From the IMG/VR virus record IMGVR_UViG_2579779084_000014: 36,749 bases of DNA. The stretch is one strand, 5' to 3'. The stretch is from a virus. Taxonomy: Duplodnaviria > Heunggongvirae > Uroviricota > Caudoviricetes. The notes beneath the pieces were generated by a model. It did not search any database, was not told the DNA's origin, and was given only the letters and a program-made list of their open reading frames with translations. A program made the translations under genes and the position numbers. Positions 8,620 through 18,744 of this stretch are shown piece after piece; within the stretch, counting starts at the first letter, position 1, and every line of letters starts with the position of its first letter.

Positions 8620-9827
8620 TTCTCCCAGACCTTAACAATGGCGACCTCTTTTTTCTGTTTGCCCCTGCGGTGATGGCGTTTCTTCTCACGCGGGAAGGCG
8701 TCAGGTATCCACACGCCGTCCTCCTTAAAGCGAAGCCGGGTTGTCTGCCCGTTCCGGCCTCCGCTGAACTCACGCCCCATCAGGAAAAAGATGGCATCAA
8801 TGCCGTGGAGTTCGCTGACAATCCGCACACGCTGGCCGGGCTGCCACAGGACACCGTCCGCCGTGCGATGGCCTGCAACCAGTGCAACGATATCCAGCCC
8901 CGACAGACGGGCATCACTCATCATTTTTTTTGCGCGCCAGTTCACCTGCTCCATGTTACTGGTGTCGCCCTGGGTGATTATCTGCGGGCGGTAATAATCC
9001 ACGGTGGGGTCGGTGGCCACGGCTTTCATGTTATGAATGCCTGTCTGACCACCACCTGCATTACCGCTGCCCTGCCCGGATAATGTGCGCACGCTGCCGT
9101 CCTCGTTCCAGATGTCCAGTGGCACCACGGCTACCTGTTTCTTGCTGTCTGCGCGGCGGGCGTGGCTCTGAGCCAGTACTGTCAGTTCGGAGAAACAGCC
9201 GTTAATGGACCTGGTATCGTCCAGCTCCATCACGTTGTTCCCGGTACCGTCCAGCTTCAGAATCAGCGTGTCCACCGGCGTGGTGGTGTAGTCAGGGCCA
9301 CCCACAACCAGCGTACCGTCAGGCTCAAACCACGGCCATAAGCCGCGACCGGCGGCAGCTTTAGCCAGTGCATCCCACGCACGCATCCCCGGCTCTATAA
9401 CGACCTTGTCATTACGTGACACACCAGACGCCTGAATACGGATGCGCTGTATCCCCAGTGGTCTGACTATCCTGTCGATGACCTCGTCCAGTGTCAGCTG
9501 ATTGGCGCTGAACACCGGCGCGGCACAGTCCACCAGAATGGCGGCATCATCACGCCCGGACAGGGTCAGCGCGCAGCTCTGACGGGATACACTGCGGCGC
9601 ACGCTGTCCACGCGACCACTAAGGACCGTCTCATCTCCCACCTGCAAACGGACTGGCACACCCCGGACGATATCCGCCGGGAACACCTTTTCAGGCAGTC
9701 CCAGCTGAAGCTGCCACCCGTCGGCTGCTTTCAGGAAATCGCTGTCAATACGATAACTGCTCCAGTCAGAATGCGATCTTCCGGCAATGACCAGGCTGAT
9801 TTTGTCGTCGTTATTTTGCATAGGCAT
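8616..9827 (-). CDS. baseplate hub / tail protein P (late control D-like, Mu gp44-like)
   Basis: 403 aa; Mu P-like, follows the N gene. Confidence 0.75.
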   Translation of the reverse strand: MPMQNNDDKISLVIAGRSHSDWSSYRIDSDFLKAADGWQLQLGLPEKVFPADIVRGVPVRLQVGDETVLSGRVDSVRRSVSRQSCALTLSGRDDAAILVDCAAPVFSANQLTLDEVIDRIVRPLGIQRIRIQASGVSRNDKVVIEPGMRAWDALAKAAAGRGLWPWFEPDGTLVVGGPDYTTTPVDTLILKLDGTGNNVMELDDTRSINGCFSELTVLAQSHARRADSKKQVAVVPLDIWNEDGSVRTLSGQGSGNAGGGQTGIHNMKAVATDPTVDYYRPQIITQGDTSNMEQVNWRAKKMMSDARLSGLDIVALVAGHRTADGVLWQPGQRVRIVSELHGIDAIFFLMGREFSGGRNGQTTRLRFKEDGVWIPDAFPREKKRHHRRGKQKKEVAIVKVWEK

Positions 9828-11160
9828 TAATCACCATCCCGGCGGTTATGTTGTTCGGGTCACGCAGCTGCGGGTTCAGACGTTGCAGCTCTGCCGCACG
9901 GCTGTAATCACCGTACCACTGCCACGCCAGCAACAGCAGGCAACCGTCCGCCTGCACCTGTTTCTGCGTCAGCGGTGGGCGGCGTGACAGAGTCAGCAGG
10001 CCGACATCCTGCACGGATGCCGCCACGTTCTTCATGCTCTGAATGATTTCCGGGTACATCAGCCCCAGCGGTGATGCGGTTTCGGTTATCCGTTCGCGTT
10101 CGCCTTCATAGCGTTCACGGAACAGCGTGATGGCTGCCTGTAAGCGGGTGCGCACATCCCCGACCAGTCGCCCGATATCCGCCGGTATAAGCTGCTCTGA
10201 CTGGGCCTCATCTGACAGTATCGCCGTCGCCACGCTGGCCAGCTCTGAGGCTGCCAGAACCGCATAAGCCGCTTTCACGTCGTGCACGTCTTCCACGGAC
10301 GCATCCGGCGGAAGTGCCACAGACGGCGTTTTATCACCGCTGACCAGTGCGACCGGCAGCGCGACCAGCTCATCCATATCTGCCATCACCTCATTCCAGC
10401 AGGTCATCACTGTCGCAGAACTGGCGACGTTGTCTTCCCCGGTCAGTCCGGTCGTGGTGGCGGAATCACTACGCGCCAGAACCGGCACCGCGTGCCCGAC
10501 ATCTGACGTGTGGATTTCCAGCCCCTCTGCCAGCCCGCCGATAAACTTTCCGGGTTCGCTGGTCAGTGACACAACATTTTCGACTGTGGAGAATGAATCA
10601 CTTTTGAACGTCAGCAGGGTATTTACCAGCGTGGCACGCACTGCCTGGATTTTTTTAATCACGCTGTTAATGGTCTTTAAAGGGGGCGTAACAGCGTCAA
10701 AAAATTCGCTTAACTGTGCCAGTAACTTATCCAGTTCTTCAAATAACTGCTGTGCAAACAGCTCTGGTAACGGGGTGCAGAACAACGCACTGCCGGTGCG
10801 GCTCTCCAGAAAGCTCATGTCGATGGTGCAGCTGTCCGGGCTTTCTGCGTCATGGCGAATGCTGTAGCCGGTCACAATCACCGACGGTACGGAGCCGTAA
10901 ACCGGGTGAATCAGCTCACCATCGCCGCCTTCGTCCAGGGCAGCGATCAGCTTTTCAAGTTTATATTCGTAATACTCCCCCCACAGGAACGCCGTCATGC
11001 GGAACGGTCGCGCCTTGCGTCCGAGGTCGTGCAAATCTGCCCCGTCAACAAACGGGTATTCATAGACCGCATGGTCGCGGCTGATTTGTTCATCCGTGTT
11101 CAGTACATCAAACTGCACGCCACGAAAGGAGGCGTTTTGCAGGTTTTCAGCCCAGCCCAT
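9811..11160 (-). CDS. DNA circularisation protein N (Mu N-like)
   Basis: 449 aa; N-terminal NASFRGVQF hallmark of the Mu N family. Confidence 0.75.
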   Translation of the reverse strand: MGWAENLQNASFRGVQFDVLNTDEQISRDHAVYEYPFVDGADLHDLGRKARPFRMTAFLWGEYYEYKLEKLIAALDEGGDGELIHPVYGSVPSVIVTGYSIRHDAESPDSCTIDMSFLESRTGSALFCTPLPELFAQQLFEELDKLLAQLSEFFDAVTPPLKTINSVIKKIQAVRATLVNTLLTFKSDSFSTVENVVSLTSEPGKFIGGLAEGLEIHTSDVGHAVPVLARSDSATTTGLTGEDNVASSATVMTCWNEVMADMDELVALPVALVSGDKTPSVALPPDASVEDVHDVKAAYAVLAASELASVATAILSDEAQSEQLIPADIGRLVGDVRTRLQAAITLFRERYEGERERITETASPLGLMYPEIIQSMKNVAASVQDVGLLTLSRRPPLTQKQVQADGCLLLLAWQWYGDYSRAAELQRLNPQLRDPNNITAGMVINAYAK

Positions 11161-13433
11161 CAGTAAGTTCCTCCCGTGCCTCTGTTACCGTCCTGAAGGT
11201 TGTATTTGTTCACTGCTTCCGCCACAATCTGACCATCGAGCACCAGTTGTGTGGTGAAATTAATGGGGCTGGCAGGTGGACCCCAGTGCGTGAGGTATCC
11301 CGGCTGGGTGATGCGTCCGGGTTGCGTTGATACTGATTCAGGCGTTGTGTTTCCGGCGGCTTTGTTGACCTGCGCCGGTGATGGCAGGGCATCAGCTGCG
11401 GCTTTTTTCCTGTCTTCCTCCCAGCGCCTCAACCACTCTTCGTTTTCGGTGGAGTAGCCTTCCCCAAACTGCCACCACGGCTGGTATTTTTTGCGGGCAG
11501 CATCGATGATTTCCTGGGGATATCGGGCGCGGATGCGCTTCCAGCGTTCCTCGCTTCCTTCGACGGCGGCGTCTTCTTCCGGGCTGGTTGCGGTGGCCAG
11601 TGCCGTAACGGTGCCACCGAAAGAAAGCAGGCTACCGGCAATGCCGGGGAATTTAAATCCTTTGCCTTTTTTGACCGTGTTTTCAATTACATCACCGACA
11701 ACCTCGCCAGCCTTGCCACCGGTTTTACCCCCGGTCAGGATTTTGATCCCGGCCCATGTCAGAGCCGCTGCGGTCATCGCTTCAATGGCGGTCGTGGCAC
11801 CCACCACTGCCGTGGTCAGTCCCGGAAACTTTTCACCCGCCCAGCTTATGGCATCGGCCACAGTACCGGACGCATCAGCCAGCTTTTTCATGCTGTCCAT
11901 TTGTGAAAATTCAAGCGTGTTTTTGGCCTGTTCGGTTTTAAAGTCATTGAGGCCGGATATGAATTTAAAATCCACATCACCCGCGCGCTGACCTTCCGGC
12001 AGGGTGCGCTGCTGATTAATCGCGTCTTCAACCTTTTTCCGGTATTCAGGGTTGTTACGGTAAGCCAGCAACGCTTTTAACGCCTGTTGGTCTGCAACCA
12101 GTTTCCCGACACCAAAGCCTTCAAGGAGTTTTGCCATCGAATCATAAACAGCTGTCTGCTCGCCTTTATCCCGGGCGGAGGCCAGTTTCTTTTGCAACTC
12201 CTGAAAGCGTTTATCGCTGGCAACGATTTTGTCTATCAGACTGGACAGCGCATCTATCGGATCAAGCCCATGTTCGCGCGCCTGAACCAGCGTGCCGGAA
12301 AAATCAATTCCTTTACCGTTGTAATCAATGCTCTTTGCCGCTGTTTCAATATCGTGGCTGGTCAGTTTAGCCAGCAGGTTAAACACGTTATTTCCGGCCT
12401 CATCACTGCTTCCCGCCGTGATGGCGGCAGCTTCATTCAGCGCCAGAATCTTGACAAAATCATCCTTGCCTCTCATCCCCGCAGCTGACGCTGACCCCAG
12501 TTGCGAAGATAACCAGCGGGCCATGTCGCTCAGTTCAAAGCTACCTTCTTTGCCCGCTGCAATTGCCATATTCAGAACGGTGGAAATATCTTCATCCCTG
12601 AATCCAAAGGTCTTTTTACCCTTAAGCATCACATTAGCCAGGTCTGTCGCTGATGCACCGGAAGCCGTGGCGTATTTCATCAGTTCAGGCAGCCACTTAC
12701 TGGCTGTTTCAAATGAAATACCGCCATCTTTCAGCAGGGCATCCAGCGTTTCGGCGGCGTCTTCTTTCGTGCCGCCACCCCAGGTCACCGCGTTACGGAT
12801 GCTGTTTTTCATCTGCTCAAGACCAGCCCTGCGCCCCTCCAGCCCGCTATCACTGAAGGCGGTATTGGCCATCATTGCCAGCTGGCGTTCGTAGCTCATC
12901 TGCTTTTTGACCGGCTGCGCCATAATGGCAGCACCTGCTGCGATACCAGCGCCTGTTGTCACGGCATTCCCGCCAAATGCAGCCGCACGGGCAAAACGCC
13001 CCGGTTCGGGGATAACAGGCGTTTTCGCCATCTTCATCTGTGCCTGAGTGACGCCATCCAGTTCACGCTTGAGTGCCCGGGCTTTTTCCCGGGTGGCCTG
13101 CATGGCGCGTTCCTGCTCCTGCGCAGATTCAAAACCGGCACGAGCCAGACGGTTATAACTGGCAACCGTCAGATAAATTTCACGCCGGATCTCACGCTCT
13201 GCACGAATACCGAGCGTTTCCCGGGCACGGGCGGCACGCTGTATCTCTTTTGCGGCCTTTTTCGTGCTGTTAACGCTTTCCTGTCCGGTACGCCTCTGCT
13301 CTGCGCCTGCCTTCCGTGTTGCCTTTGTTACATCTTCGGTGGCTTTGATAACCTGTTTTTGTCCCTTTTCCAGAACCTGCGAGGCTTCATCCTTCGCAGT
13401 CAGGGTCATGCCAACTTTGAAATTACCGGCCAT
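11160..13433 (-). CDS. tail tape measure protein
   Basis: 757 aa, Ala/Lys/Glu-rich helical composition, canonical position. Confidence 0.85.
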   Translation of the reverse strand: MAGNFKVGMTLTAKDEASQVLEKGQKQVIKATEDVTKATRKAGAEQRRTGQESVNSTKKAAKEIQRAARARETLGIRAEREIRREIYLTVASYNRLARAGFESAQEQERAMQATREKARALKRELDGVTQAQMKMAKTPVIPEPGRFARAAAFGGNAVTTGAGIAAGAAIMAQPVKKQMSYERQLAMMANTAFSDSGLEGRRAGLEQMKNSIRNAVTWGGGTKEDAAETLDALLKDGGISFETASKWLPELMKYATASGASATDLANVMLKGKKTFGFRDEDISTVLNMAIAAGKEGSFELSDMARWLSSQLGSASAAGMRGKDDFVKILALNEAAAITAGSSDEAGNNVFNLLAKLTSHDIETAAKSIDYNGKGIDFSGTLVQAREHGLDPIDALSSLIDKIVASDKRFQELQKKLASARDKGEQTAVYDSMAKLLEGFGVGKLVADQQALKALLAYRNNPEYRKKVEDAINQQRTLPEGQRAGDVDFKFISGLNDFKTEQAKNTLEFSQMDSMKKLADASGTVADAISWAGEKFPGLTTAVVGATTAIEAMTAAALTWAGIKILTGGKTGGKAGEVVGDVIENTVKKGKGFKFPGIAGSLLSFGGTVTALATATSPEEDAAVEGSEERWKRIRARYPQEIIDAARKKYQPWWQFGEGYSTENEEWLRRWEEDRKKAAADALPSPAQVNKAAGNTTPESVSTQPGRITQPGYLTHWGPPASPINFTTQLVLDGQIVAEAVNKYNLQDGNRGTGGTY

Positions 13434-13595
13434 TTTTCTGCTTACCTTTTCTGCGTTTCTTCCTGAGGGATTTAAATGACTGGCGGGTGGTCTGTGAGGT
13501 GTCCTTCCTTCCTGAGCCGCCGCCGCTCAGCCTGTCAACGGCAGCAAGCCAGCCGTCCAGCTCGGGACGGCTCATGGTCATGATTTGATCTTCGG

Positions 13596-13979
13596 TTATT
13601 CCGTAGCGCCCGAGGATAAGGACTGCGAGCCGGAGTCCGGCGAGCCGGGATTCCCGCCGTTCCGCTTTACCTTCAGGACGTTACGTGATGCCAGCAGAAT
13701 ATTAAAATCGTCCGGCGTCATGTTGTCGTGCAACAAATCCGCCGTCAGTTCTTCCTGCGGGATATCCCCCAGACGGACCAGCGTTGCCGCCATCACTGCA
13801 CAGCGGTAGTAATAATCCGCCGCGAAGCCGTCCACTGTCTGAAAGCGTTCTTCAGTTTCTTCCAGTGCCTGCCCGTTATCACGCATGACCGGCAGACGCA
13901 GCTCAAAGTTTTTATGAACGGTGCCGTTAAACACCACGCCATCAGACAGTTCACCGGTCTGTGTATTAATCAAAGTCAT
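13596..13979 (-). CDS. tail assembly chaperone
   Basis: 127 aa, acidic, directly upstream of the tape measure gene; the -1 frame stays open into the 160-nt stretch before the tape measure start. Confidence 0.55.
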   Translation of the reverse strand: MTLINTQTGELSDGVVFNGTVHKNFELRLPVMRDNGQALEETEERFQTVDGFAADYYYRCAVMAATLVRLGDIPQEELTADLLHDNMTPDDFNILLASRNVLKVKRNGGNPGSPDSGSQSLSSGATE

Positions 13980-14350
13980 CCTGTCACCTTCCTGAGTGCA
14001 GCCAGTTTGATATCAATTTTCGCTTCATTATCGACGGTGTATTTCTCACCCACTTCGGTTGTGAAGCAGTCCAGATAGGAGGTGCGCTTGCCGCTTTTAC
14101 TGAGCGGGTACAACGAGATTTTCACACCTTCAAGGTTTTCCCAGTCCGGCTCGTTGGTATCAGGGATTACCGCCGAAACGGACAATTCGTAGGTGCCAAT
14201 GCCCCGGGCAAAGCCTTTGGCTCTGCCGGTTTTGTTCATGGTCTTGACCAGTTTTCGCCCGGTGTTGATCTGAACATCAAGGTCGGTGATCTCGATTTCC
14301 TGGCTGTCCACCTCCAGCACAATCGAGCCAATGTATTCATGCAGAGACAT
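13976..14350 (-). CDS. tail tube protein (Mu M-like)
   Basis: 124 aa immediately after the sheath gene. Confidence 0.7.
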   Translation of the reverse strand: MSLHEYIGSIVLEVDSQEIEITDLDVQINTGRKLVKTMNKTGRAKGFARGIGTYELSVSAVIPDTNEPDWENLEGVKISLYPLSKSGKRTSYLDCFTTEVGEKYTVDNEAKIDIKLAALRKVTG

Positions 14351-14362
14351 TTATCAGGCTCC

Positions 14363-15784
14363 TTACAAAATCATGTCGATGCGACCGGCAAACACATGCA
14401 GGCCGTTAACCACATCCGCCGGAACCACGCAGTCGAGACGGTTTGCATCTTTCCCGTTTCGCTGAACGCGCAGCTTTGCCTTATTCGCTTCCACGTTCTC
14501 CAGAATCTCCGCTTCCTCCAGCTTGATCAGCACGTCATACAGTTCGCTTTCCACTTTTGCGATAGTGCGTGTGCTGAGTTTTTCGCGCGGGAAGCGAAGG
14601 CTGATGCGTTCGCGGCACGCCTTGCGGGTGTAGTCCAGCGTTCTGATGGACGTGATATCCAGTAACGAGACGTCAGTCACACCCTGTGCGTTAACCGTGT
14701 ATGTACTGACCGCACGCACAATCTGCACCGTGTTACCCGGGCCAACCTCAACCGGCGTCAGGCCGTTATGCAGAGCGTTTTCCTGCTCGTTACGGCTTTC
14801 ACGCTGTGACATGGCGACCACATCCAGCCCGGACAGCGCCAGCGAGTTCAGCGGACGTGCCGGGTCTTCCTCGCCCGCCATCACAGCGCCGTAGATGGCA
14901 GCCAGTACTGCTGGCAGCTTCACGGAGCCGCGATACCAGGGGACGGACATGCGCCCGCTGTTCACACCGGCTGCCAGGGTGATCCCGTTTCCGAGACTGC
15001 CCGTCCAGCCCGCACAGCCAATCGCGCCGCGCTGTTCCATCGCGTTCCCGGTTTTCTCCAGATGCTGCTTCAGGGCGGCGAGGGCTGGCGTGGTACTGAA
15101 CGGACAAATCAGAATGTTGTGACCGGCGGCAAAGACCGCATCCAGTGCGGGCTGAATATCCGGGTCCATTTCGCCGTTCGCCATCGGTGTGGCGCTCACG
15201 GTCAGACCACCTGCCGTGGTGGACGCTGACAGGGTGATGTCATTCCCCCAGGCACCTTTGGTCCGGGTGGTCACCGTCAGCTGAGAGGTTTCTGATTTGT
15301 ATTCCCCCGTCACCAGAAGCGAGGGCGTCTGCGCCATTGCTTCCACCAGTGCCGGAATGATTTTCGACGGTTCATCACCGGTTTCCACATCCACCGTGAC
15401 CTGCTCACCGGCAACCCATACCGACAGTGTGCCGCTGCTGATTGCTGTACCGTTGATGGTAACCGCGCCGGTTGCTGCCTTTCCTGCGCCAGTGTCTGCA
15501 ATACCGATAACATCCAGTTGCAGATAGCTGTTGGCATTAATGGCCGCGCGCGCCATTGCAGCGGCCAGCGAACCGGCCCCGAAATACAAATCCGCTTCGT
15601 CTTCGGAATACACGGAAACGGCATTCAGGGGCGTGGCGGTGCCGCCTGACAGCATTGGACCAATCACCAGAACACGCTGTTCATTACCCGGCAGCGTGTT
15701 AACGGCCAGCCGGGTATTGAATTCAAAATGCACACCGGGCTTACGGATGCCGCCCGAAATGGTGTCAAACTGAATTTCACTCAT
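14363..15784 (-). CDS. contractile tail sheath protein (Mu L-like)
   Basis: 473 aa; sheath-like size and sequence; followed by the tube gene. Confidence 0.8.
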   Translation of the reverse strand: MSEIQFDTISGGIRKPGVHFEFNTRLAVNTLPGNEQRVLVIGPMLSGGTATPLNAVSVYSEDEADLYFGAGSLAAAMARAAINANSYLQLDVIGIADTGAGKAATGAVTINGTAISSGTLSVWVAGEQVTVDVETGDEPSKIIPALVEAMAQTPSLLVTGEYKSETSQLTVTTRTKGAWGNDITLSASTTAGGLTVSATPMANGEMDPDIQPALDAVFAAGHNILICPFSTTPALAALKQHLEKTGNAMEQRGAIGCAGWTGSLGNGITLAAGVNSGRMSVPWYRGSVKLPAVLAAIYGAVMAGEEDPARPLNSLALSGLDVVAMSQRESRNEQENALHNGLTPVEVGPGNTVQIVRAVSTYTVNAQGVTDVSLLDITSIRTLDYTRKACRERISLRFPREKLSTRTIAKVESELYDVLIKLEEAEILENVEANKAKLRVQRNGKDANRLDCVVPADVVNGLHVFAGRIDMIL

Positions 15785-16019
15785 CGGAACCCACCTGTTT
15801 CTCTTTCTTCACCTTCGCTTTTACCTGCACGGCGTCCTGTTCAGCCGTCACGGTGGCTTCAGACTCATCCTTCACCAGAATCAGGTCACCGTCCTGAACG
15901 GCGCGCCGGTAATAAGCGGTGTTCTCAACGGTCACCGCTTCCGTAGTGATGTATTTCCGGGCGTTATCCTCCATCGGGAACTTCATCCCGGGAGCCGCCT
16001 TAACCTTCATTTTGTTCAT
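15777..16019 (-). CDS. small Mu gp38-like protein
   Basis: 80 aa; overlaps the sheath gene start as in Mu-like tail modules. Confidence 0.45.
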   Translation of the reverse strand: MNKMKVKAAPGMKFPMEDNARKYITTEAVTVENTAYYRRAVQDGDLILVKDESEATVTAEQDAVQVKAKVKKEKQVGSDE

Positions 16020-16596
16020 GCTGTTGCTCTCTTAATTCAGTCAGCCCTGATATTTCAGCGTCGCTGTCCTGCACCTGGTACCGGATGCCAAGGTTCAGCA
16101 GTTCCGGGTCAGGGTCTGACAGCCTGCCGTGGTAGCGGTTGAAGAGGCGATCCGCTTCTGCGCCGCGCTCCGGCCATTTGCCGTTCGCCAGCGCGTGCTC
16201 CACCCAGCGGGTATCGAACTCACAGGCAAATACGGACATTGCCCGCTCTGCCACGCCGGTGTTAAACAGCGTTCTGACCCGCCCGGGTTCGAAATAATCA
16301 ATCTCCAGCCCCAAATCCTGACCGGTCAGCAGGCGGCGGACGGATTCAACCAGCTGGTTTGCCCCGACTTCATCCCGGACGGTGCCTCCCTGTCTGGCGC
16401 TCTGTTCGCTGCGGGTGTTGTAATCACCCACCACAACCACAAAGCGTCCGGTGGCAATGTATTTCCGGCGTGACGTGGAATAGCGTTCGGTTTTCACGAT
16501 GCCGCCGAACGTCACCCAGGCTGCCGGAAGGCTGCGAACAATCCGGCCCGGGTCTTCATCCAGTTCACCGGCATAGGTGCGGACCTCCTGCACCAT
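16000..16596 (-). CDS. Mu gp37-like protein
   Basis: 198 aa; position between head and tail sheath genes. Confidence 0.5.
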   Translation of the reverse strand: MVQEVRTYAGELDEDPGRIVRSLPAAWVTFGGIVKTERYSTSRRKYIATGRFVVVVGDYNTRSEQSARQGGTVRDEVGANQLVESVRRLLTGQDLGLEIDYFEPGRVRTLFNTGVAERAMSVFACEFDTRWVEHALANGKWPERGAEADRLFNRYHGRLSDPDPELLNLGIRYQVQDSDAEISGLTELREQQHEQNEG

Positions 16597-16649
16597 ATGC
16601 CCCAGACCACAGCGCAGACGCTCAACCAGCGCCCGTTCAATTTCAGTAA

Positions 16650-17081
16650 TCAGAATGCACCTCCCCGTGTGGACTCACGCCCGAACTGACGGGAGCCGGA
16701 GCGGATACGCACCTGTGACGATGACTGGATCACGCTGCCGGACGTATCCCGTCCGAGGTTGATTTGTCCTGCCGCAACTTTCTCCAGAAAGCGGATGGCA
16801 TCCCGGTAGCGCATCTGAATTTCTTCTGAGCAGATACGGTAATCGGTCGCCAGGTGATAACGGGCGATATCGCAGCAGTAACCCACCAGACTCCCCGGGC
16901 TGTCAGGCCACGGGGTCCGGTAACGCCCCACCAGATAGCCATCAATCTGGGCACTGGCGCGTGCAAGCGCGGAGGCCAGTTTTTCTTCGTCGATGAATCC
17001 CGTCATGTCTTCATCCGTCAGTGTGCGTGCCTCGCGTTCACTGAATGCCCTGATGAACTGTTCCGGTGTGGCGTAAGACAT
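16650..17081 (-). CDS. Mu gp36-like head protein
   Basis: 143 aa; position and Mu gp36-like character. Confidence 0.55.
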   Translation of the reverse strand: MSYATPEQFIRAFSEREARTLTDEDMTGFIDEEKLASALARASAQIDGYLVGRYRTPWPDSPGSLVGYCCDIARYHLATDYRICSEEIQMRYRDAIRFLEKVAAGQINLGRDTSGSVIQSSSQVRIRSGSRQFGRESTRGGAF

Positions 17082-17084
17082 GGG

Positions 17085-17426
17085 TTACTTCTCCTTTTTG
17101 TCCGCTTTTTGTGTTTTCTGTGCGGCGTTCAACTGTGCGGTCAGTTCACTGACTTTCTGGCGTTCTTCTTCCAGCTGCGCTGTCAGTTCGCTGACTTTCT
17201 GACGCTCGGCATCCAGCTGTGCGGCCAGTTCATCCCCCCGGGCCGCGTCGTTCTGGCCGGATGCTTTATCGCGCTCCACCACAATCAGCATGGGGTCAGC
17301 CTTCAGCACCGCCAGCTGTTCCGGGGTGAACGCATCCGCAGGCCATGCCTTCGTGGTTGCGCTGTGTGCCACACCGCAGCGGCGAAAACCCTCACGGCGG
17401 GCGGTAATTTCAATCACCTTTTCCAT
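17085..17426 (-). CDS. hypothetical head-region protein with internal tandem duplication
   Basis: 113 aa; coiled-coil-like C-terminus with repeated ERQKVSELTAQL. Confidence 0.5.
   Translation of the reverse strand: MEKVIEITARREGFRRCGVAHSATTKAWPADAFTPEQLAVLKADPMLIVVERDKASGQNDAARGDELAAQLDAERQKVSELTAQLEEERQKVSELTAQLNAAQKTQKADKKEK
17120..17230. repeat. imperfect in-frame tandem duplication (about 42 bp, 2 copies)
   Basis: cagttcactgactttctggcgttcttcttccag versus cagttcgctgactttctgacgctcggcatccag; encodes the ERQKVSELTAQL repeats. Confidence 0.55.
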
Positions 17427-17429
17427 GCA

Positions 17430-18380
17430 TTACTCCGTCGTACCATCAGAACCAAATGCCATCTGCCAGAAGCCGTAACCGCCGTTACAGCGCGCTTCGG
17501 CACCAAACCGAAACTTCTTACGCATGAATACGTTGTCGCTGTTGTAGTCCGTCTGCTCCACAAAAACCGGTTTCTTACGCTGCTGGAAGATCAGCGGCTT
17601 GACCGAGCGGGAGGTGTCGAACAGGAACCACGCAGAATCCGACGTCAGCTCCGGCATCACCAGCACTTCAGCGGTGTTGCGGTACGGGTTCGGCGTACCG
17701 TCCGGGAACTTCTCGGCGGTCATCAGGTAGTTCGCGTCATCTTCCAGCGCAGGTGGCACAACCAGCAGATTCGGACGGATTCTGAGAGACGCGCCTTCGT
17801 CATCTTTCAGACTGCGCATGGCCGTACGGGCAGCACCGTAGGAGGCTTTTGCTTCAGCAAGCGCCCCCACTTTGAGTTTTTTGGTGCCTTTGTTGGACAC
17901 CGATTTACCGGCGACCAGGTGGTCGGTATCAAAGAACATCTGGCCGTCGTAACAGGGACTGGTAAAACCGTTATTGATAAGGGACGCCACAATATCTGCC
18001 GGGAGTTCTGCCGCTGACTGGCCCGCGTCTCTGGCCTGAAGGGCATAGCCCATAATCTGGTCGTCCTCGATGTCGTTACGATCGACTTCAACCGTGGCTT
18101 CCCAGTCCTTGTTGCGGATGGTGTAGTTGAAGGCTTCCAGAGATTTAACGTTTTTATCACCGACCCACTCGCGCATTTTCGGGAAACGACTCAACCAGCT
18201 GTAGTCGTTCTCCTTGCTGCCTGATGGCACTTCCATTGCCACTTTTTGCCAGTCAGTGGGGGTCTGGTCGAAGGCTTTCTGATAGGTGGTCTTAAGATTG
18301 ATAAAAATCTGGTTGAGGTTTTTAGCGTTAACTAACACGTTTCGCTCCTTAACTGAAATGAACCCAGACGCCATCGTCAC
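17430..18380 (-). CDS. major head subunit (Mu T-like)
   Basis: 316 aa; Mu gpT-like; position in the head module. Confidence 0.8.
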   Translation of the reverse strand: MTMASGFISVKERNVLVNAKNLNQIFINLKTTYQKAFDQTPTDWQKVAMEVPSGSKENDYSWLSRFPKMREWVGDKNVKSLEAFNYTIRNKDWEATVEVDRNDIEDDQIMGYALQARDAGQSAAELPADIVASLINNGFTSPCYDGQMFFDTDHLVAGKSVSNKGTKKLKVGALAEAKASYGAARTAMRSLKDDEGASLRIRPNLLVVPPALEDDANYLMTAEKFPDGTPNPYRNTAEVLVMPELTSDSAWFLFDTSRSVKPLIFQQRKKPVFVEQTDYNSDNVFMRKKFRFGAEARCNGGYGFWQMAFGSDGTTE

Positions 18381-18744
18381 CGATGCCGATCACTTTCCCG
18401 GCGACAGGGCGGGCGCTGCTGTTGTCGGTTTTTGCCACGGTCACGCTGTCTTCCACGTAGCACAGCTTGCCGACCTGCGATTGCGTGACCGGATCTGAGG
18501 TGCTGTTCGCCATCAGAAAGGCTTTGCCGCAACGCACCAGAACGGTGGCGTCGCCATCGCTGCCCTTGCTGTTATCCACCCAGCCATCAGACACGCCCAG
18601 CGTAATCTGTGAGGCCGTGGCACTGGCCGGAACGGCATAACCGGATGCGTTAACGGCCACCATATGACCGCCAAAAATTTCGGTCGCAGCGGCAACCGGC
18701 ACCGGGTTCAGTTCGCCGTCACGATAGGGGGTATTACGATCCAT
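18349..18744 (-). CDS. head-associated small protein (decoration/scaffold-like)
   Basis: 131 aa between the protease and major head genes; Gly/Ala/Val-rich beta-like composition. Confidence 0.45.
   Translation of the reverse strand: MDRNTPYRDGELNPVPVAAATEIFGGHMVAVNASGYAVPASATASQITLGVSDGWVDNSKGSDGDATVLVRCGKAFLMANSTSDPVTQSQVGKLCYVEDSVTVAKTDNSSARPVAGKVIGIGDDGVWVHFS

Noticed and set aside
16854-18017. 387-aa plus-strand ORF
   Set aside because: Entirely antisense to the major head and neighbouring minus-strand genes; Arg/Cys/His-rich junk-like composition typical of shadow ORFs in GC-rich DNA.
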